Positions 16,324 to 20,000 of a stretch of 20,000 bases of DNA are shown in pieces. Position 1 is the first letter of the stretch. Every line of letters begins with the position of its first letter. The notes beneath the pieces are model-generated. The model saw only the letters and a program-made list of their open reading frames with translations. It did not search any database and was not told where the DNA came from. Source of the stretch: an uncultured virus (IMG/VR IMGVR_UViG_3300031525_000002) (Duplodnaviria > Heunggongvirae > Uroviricota > Caudoviricetes); IMG/VR virus record IMGVR_UViG_3300031525_000002. One strand, 5' to 3'. The position numbers and the translations under genes were made by a program.

Positions 16324-16682
16324 TACATGCCCCGTTCGCCACCGGCTAGCAGGGATGCCTCGTCTTCGTCGCCGCCAGTTCCTGCAGCGTGCACATCGAT
16401 CAGTGGAGCGTCCAAGACGCGCGCGAAGACACGGTACTCCTCCGTGTCCAGACGCTCGGCCCACAGCTTGGTCAGCGCCTCAAACGAGAGAGCGCCGGTC
16501 GAATCACGGTCGACCGGCTCGTCGCCCGTGTCCGAAACCTCCAATTCGTCCTGCATCATCAGCCGCAGCGCGGCAATGGCAAGTGCGCGTGACGAATAGA
16601 CGCCAGCCGGACCAGGAGCAGCCTCATCGTCATTGCTCCAAACGCCTCCGGGAGACTCGACGATGTAAAGCGTCATCGTCAT
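16323..16682 (-). CDS. acidic hypothetical protein
   Basis: Overlapping start/stop both sides; LYIV...GVYSSRALA pattern. Confidence 0.7.
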   Translation of the reverse strand: MTMTLYIVESPGGVWSNDDEAAPGPAGVYSSRALAIAALRLMMQDELEVSDTGDEPVDRDSTGALSFEALTKLWAERLDTEEYRVFARVLDAPLIDVHAAGTGGDEDEASLLAGGERGM

Positions 16683-17056
16683 CGGGCACCCTCGTAGTTG
16701 AACGCATGCGCGATCCCCTTCGCGAGCTTGTCGAGGAGCCCGTCACGACCCCCTTCGTACGACTCCGCGTTCAGCGCCTTGTCGAGTGCGGCCTTGACGA
16801 TGGCATCGAGCTTCGCCCGAGCCTCCGGTTGCGCGAGCTGCTCCGTGACGACCTTGCGAGCGGCCTGCTCCATCGCGTCCGCGAAGAGCTTGCCCAGCGG
16901 ACTCTCAGTCCGACCCGAGTAACTGCTGTAACGCGTCGCCAGCAGGCTTGAGATCGCCGTCGCGAAGAGTTCGTCGCGCTTCTCCGGCGTGAGGCTGTCG
17001 AGGATCGTTTTGGCGACGAGAGTTTGCAGATGGTCTGCGGACAACTGCATCGTCAT
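16679..17056 (-). CDS. helical hypothetical protein (125 aa)
   Basis: ATG 17056 (MTMQLSAD) in ATGA overlap. Confidence 0.72.
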   Translation of the reverse strand: MTMQLSADHLQTLVAKTILDSLTPEKRDELFATAISSLLATRYSSYSGRTESPLGKLFADAMEQAARKVVTEQLAQPEARAKLDAIVKAALDKALNAESYEGGRDGLLDKLAKGIAHAFNYEGAR

Positions 17057-17283
17057 GGCGTCACCGGCTTCTCTTCTTTCCGAACGGTGATAGCGAGGTC
17101 CGCGTGCGCGTTGCAGCGGCTGCAGATGATGAGGCACCCAAGCATGTCGTGGTTGAAGGGACTCACCGATGGTAGGTCCCAACGGTGACCCTCCAGCGCG
17201 CACCACTCCTTCTTGATCGCCTCTTCCTTGGCGAGGAGTGCCGCCTTGCCCGCCGCGAGCTCGTCCTTACTTCGCGCTACCAT
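17053..17283 (-). CDS. small Zn-binding protein (C-x4-H-x-W...CxxC)
   Basis: MVARSKDE...WCALEGHRWD...CSRC. Confidence 0.65.
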   Translation of the reverse strand: MVARSKDELAAGKAALLAKEEAIKKEWCALEGHRWDLPSVSPFNHDMLGCLIICSRCNAHADLAITVRKEEKPVTP

Positions 17284-18079
17284 TCGGAGCCTCCGAACGA
17301 CCCAGATCAACGGCAGGCGGTGGAACCATCGGTTCCTTCGGCGTTGTCGAGTCAGGCTGCGGCAGCCTCTTGAGCTTGGCGACCCAGTCCGCCGTGACGT
17401 TCCAGAGGTGGATGTAGCGGTACTGGAGCGCCTCTGGGCTCTTCGTGCCCTCCTCCGCCATGAACGTCGGATTGACGTCGAAGTTGAAGTTGGCCGTCAC
17501 GCGGTAGTGAGCGAGCCCGTTCATCTTCCGCCAGTCGTGGTTGAAGTAGAGGAACGTCTGCTGCATGAAGAACCGGCGGTGCGTCGGGTCCCAGAACGCG
17601 CGGTCCGACCGGCCCGATGGAACGACGATGTTGATGAACGCGTCGACCTTGAGGATCCGGTAGACCTCGTCCATGAAGGCGAAGAGCATGTCGGCGCCGA
17701 GGTACTTCGCTCCTCCAAGGTCCACGTCGCCAATGCCCTTGAGGATGTCGCTCTCCACGACCTCGCGCGCCGGCACGTGCTCGAGGAAGTGAGAGCAGTT
17801 CATCTCGTCGACCGAGTTGTCCGCCCACGGCCACGGGAACTTGAAGAGGTCGACCTTGTGCTTCGCCTTCTCCCCGTAGAGGTCGACACCCTCGTGTCCC
17901 TCCTTCGGGTTCTGCCCACATCCGAGGTCGAGCTTGAGCATGCTGCGCGAGGCAGCCTCTACGAGAGTAGGCGCGACGAGCCCCAGCGCCGTCTTGGGAG
18001 ACAGATCCTTGTCGACCTGAGCGGACAGCGCCTTGAGCCGGTCGTACTCCTCTTTCGAGATGGAAACGTGTTCGCTCAC
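17267..18079 (-). CDS. class I SAM-dependent methyltransferase (Methyltransf_11-like)
   Basis: KLDLGCG, DNSVDE, HFLEHV, EVYRILK, WDPTH; GGAGG SD before GTG. Confidence 0.85.
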   Translation of the reverse strand: MSEHVSISKEEYDRLKALSAQVDKDLSPKTALGLVAPTLVEAASRSMLKLDLGCGQNPKEGHEGVDLYGEKAKHKVDLFKFPWPWADNSVDEMNCSHFLEHVPAREVVESDILKGIGDVDLGGAKYLGADMLFAFMDEVYRILKVDAFINIVVPSGRSDRAFWDPTHRRFFMQQTFLYFNHDWRKMNGLAHYRVTANFNFDVNPTFMAEEGTKSPEALQYRYIHLWNVTADWVAKLKRLPQPDSTTPKEPMVPPPAVDLGRSEAPNGSAK

Positions 18080-18089
18080 GAGAACCTCC

Positions 18090-18833
18090 CTAAAAAACGA
18101 TGCCGCTGTTGACGTCGAGATGTCCCACTTTGACGCGACAGTCCGTCGCGAATCGTTTGCCGGCCTTCACCGCAGCCTGGCAGAAGTTGAGGTCCTGGGT
18201 GTAGCCGACGATCCCCTTGCCCGGTATGAGGTCGTTGACGGTGACGTACCAAGGGGCCGGGATGTCGCGGAACAGACTCATCCTCCAGAGCGCACAGCCC
18301 ATGGCGATCCCGTTCACGGGCATGACCTGACCCGCAGAGACCGCCTCGGTGACGTTCCGAGGGCGGAAGTCGAGCACGCCCGTTCTCGCGTACTCCGCAG
18401 GGTCGCCGTAGGCCATGGGCATGTTGACCTCGCCCTTAGTGAAGTAGAGAGCGCTCACCGCATCGTAGTTGCCCCACTCGATGCTCTCGAGGAGACGAAT
18501 GTGCGCGTCCGGTGGCGGCAGGTTGTCGTCCTCCAGAGTGAGGATGTACTTCCACGTCGAGAGTTCGGGGTGCTTGATGATCATGTCGATCATGGCGTTG
18601 TACGCCTTGCCAACCTCGTGACCGCTCGCGAACATCCAAGCCCGCTTCTGGTTCATCGGACCGATGAGACCCAGCCACTTCTGCACTACGGTGTCGGGGA
18701 TGTTTCCCCTCGAAGGGACGATGATGACCGTCGAGGAGTCGTTGTAGGTTGTACCGACGATGTGCTCTACGCGCTCGAAGCCGAGCCCGGCGCTTTTCAT
18801 CTTTTCGACCACGTCGGCGACAGGCTGGGTCAT
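18090..18833 (-). CDS. GT-A fold glycosyltransferase-like protein
   Basis: YILTLEDDN, MGCALWRMSLF, APWY, TQDLNFC, VKVGHLD; GGAG SD, ATGA overlap. Confidence 0.78.
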   Translation of the reverse strand: MTQPVADVVEKMKSAGLGFERVEHIVGTTYNDSSTVIIVPSRGNIPDTVVQKWLGLIGPMNQKRAWMFASGHEVGKAYNAMIDMIIKHPELSTWKYILTLEDDNLPPPDAHIRLLESIEWGNYDAVSALYFTKGEVNMPMAYGDPAEYARTGVLDFRPRNVTEAVSAGQVMPVNGIAMGCALWRMSLFRDIPAPWYVTVNDLIPGKGIVGYTQDLNFCQAAVKAGKRFATDCRVKVGHLDVNSGIVF

Positions 18834-18991
18834 AACTTCTTCTTCTCCAGGGCAACGGGTGCACCGGCGCGAATCCAAAGACGCACGATGTCGGCCACGG
18901 TAAGACCGTACTTGTCGGCCCTACACTTGATCGTGGCAAGTTCTTCGGGCGACAGACGCAGGTTGAGCTGCTTGGATCGCGCCTGCACCAT
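18830..18991 (-). CDS. ribbon-helix-helix DNA-binding protein (53 aa)
   Basis: MVQARSKQLNLRLSPEELATIKCRADKYGLTVADIVR: alternating beta strand plus two helices (Arc/CopG/MobC-like). Confidence 0.8.
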   Translation of the reverse strand: MVQARSKQLNLRLSPEELATIKCRADKYGLTVADIVRLWIRAGAPVALEKKKL

Positions 18992-18995
18992 GCGA

Positions 18996-19029
18996 CGCAA
19001 CGGATATACGTTGCGGTACGCGATGTCAA
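18996..19029 (-). promoter_or_regulatory. sigma70 promoter with overlapping palindromic operator
   Basis: Perfect TTGACA (19024-19029, minus); inverted repeat CGCAACG-N6-CGTTGCG (18996-19015) covering a weak -10. Confidence 0.6.
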
Positions 19030-19035
19030 CCCGTG

Positions 19036-20000
19036 TTAGGTGCCCTGCAAAGCGATCCAAGGCATCTGGGCCGCAGTCGCTCCTGTACGGATGTAGCTGG
19101 CGGTGTTGCTCATCCCGAAGCTCGTCGGCAGGGCGTTTGTCGTCGCCTGCGAGTAACCGGGAAGCATGAGTGTGCTCATCGCCGCGATCTGACCGCTTCC
19201 GATCAAAGGCTGCTGCGGCGGACCGTAGTACGAGACCGTCGCCGAGTTCTGTGTCGAGATCCACCACGCGAGGAGATACGGGCCTGGAGTGATCGACCAT
19301 GAGTTGAGCGACATCTGCTGGTAATTGATTCCGCTATTGCTCGAATAGGCCGCACCGCTCGTCCACGTGATGTTGCTAGAAGCCGAGCTCGCGAGACTGA
19401 GCGTGGACACGTTGAGCGTGTAAAGCGCCGCACTGATCGAGAACCCGCCCGAGGAGTTGGTAGCGTGGTTCGTGACCGAGGCGAGGAAGAGCAAGTTCGA
19501 CGCAGTGATGCAGTCTGGAACGATGATCGGTAGGAAGTAGAGCGTGTTCTGCCCGCCGGAGATGGCCGTCGCAGCATGCCCGTTGCTCCAAGATGACAGG
19601 CCACCGTTCTGCGCGGTCACGACGGACCCGTTTAGGCCGAACGAGATGCCGTTGCTGTTGGCGAACGTGACGGCGGTGAGGTTGTTGCTCGTCGTTCCTG
19701 CCGAAATGTTGATGGCCGTCAACGCCGACGCAACAGACGCCGTGAGGGTCGCTACGCCAGCGCCCGTGCTGAGACCGAAGGTCACGCCTTGGGAGTTGGC
19801 GAAGGTGAGACCGCTGATGGCGTTGCTGGTTCCGCCGTTGGCACTGACGTTGAGCGCGTAAGACCCGGTGACGGTCGACGCATTCAGGCCGAAGCTAACG
19901 TTGTTGGAGTTGGAGAACGTGAACGCGCTGGCGAGGTTCGAGGTCGTACCTGCGGAGATGTTGATGCTTGCTTGGGTGGAGGCGACAGTGGCCGACGCCG
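19036..20000 (-). CDS. Ser/Thr/Asn/Gly-rich repeat protein, fibre/adhesin-like (5' end outside window)
   Basis: Frame open to window edge; three ~35-45 aa repeats [IL]N[IV]SA..TSN....TF[AS]NS..[VI][ST]FGL, then a non-repetitive C-terminal domain. Confidence 0.8.
   Translation of the reverse strand, partial: ASATVASTQASINISAGTTSNLASAFTFSNSNNVSFGLNASTVTGSYALNVSANGGTSNAISGLTFANSQGVTFGLSTGAGVATLTASVASALTAINISAGTTSNNLTAVTFANSNGISFGLNGSVVTAQNGGLSSWSNGHAATAISGGQNTLYFLPIIVPDCITASNLLFLASVTNHATNSSGGFSISAALYTLNVSTLSLASSASSNITWTSGAAYSSNSGINYQQMSLNSWSITPGPYLLAWWISTQNSATVSYYGPPQQPLIGSGQIAAMSTLMLPGYSQATTNALPTSFGMSNTASYIRTGATAAQMPWIALQGT

Noticed and set aside
15280..16599. 439-aa plus-strand ORF (also 18033..19169, 17213..18112, 9545..10240)
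   Set aside because: Antisense shadows of well-supported minus-strand genes, typical of high-GC DNA
2395..18092. Genome-wide TAG reassignment (genetic code 15)
   Set aside because: Only one TAG-split gene; the TAG at 18090 ends a GT at a plausible C-terminus and is followed by an SD; other genes are intact under code 11

Overview
GC-rich, gene-dense segment that looks like a phage/provirus accessory region. No capsid, terminase, integrase or housekeeping gene is recognisable, so viral origin is an inference. Left (1-6990): small hypotheticals, a signal-peptide protein, a very basic CC1-like protein, three paralogous Methyltransf_24-type SAM methyltransferases and three glycosyltransferase-like genes. 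Middle (6991-14405, minus strand): 17 short, mostly Arg/Lys-rich, largely unrelated genes, each overlapping the next by 1 or 4 nt. Twelve begin with M-[S/A/G]-L-I-G; of the other five, three end in L-[I/L]-G and two have degenerate N-terminal variants. This shared terminal tag is the standout observation and may be an undescribed protein-targeting (e.g. virion-packaging) or gene-cassette system. Right (14599-20000, minus strand): glycine-zipper membrane protein, dTDP-glucose 4,6-dehydratase, small hypotheticals, another methyltransferase/GT pair, an RHH regulator with a palindromic operator, and the 3' part of a Ser/Thr/Asn-rich repeat (fibre-like) protein. All family calls are from motif recognition, not database searches.
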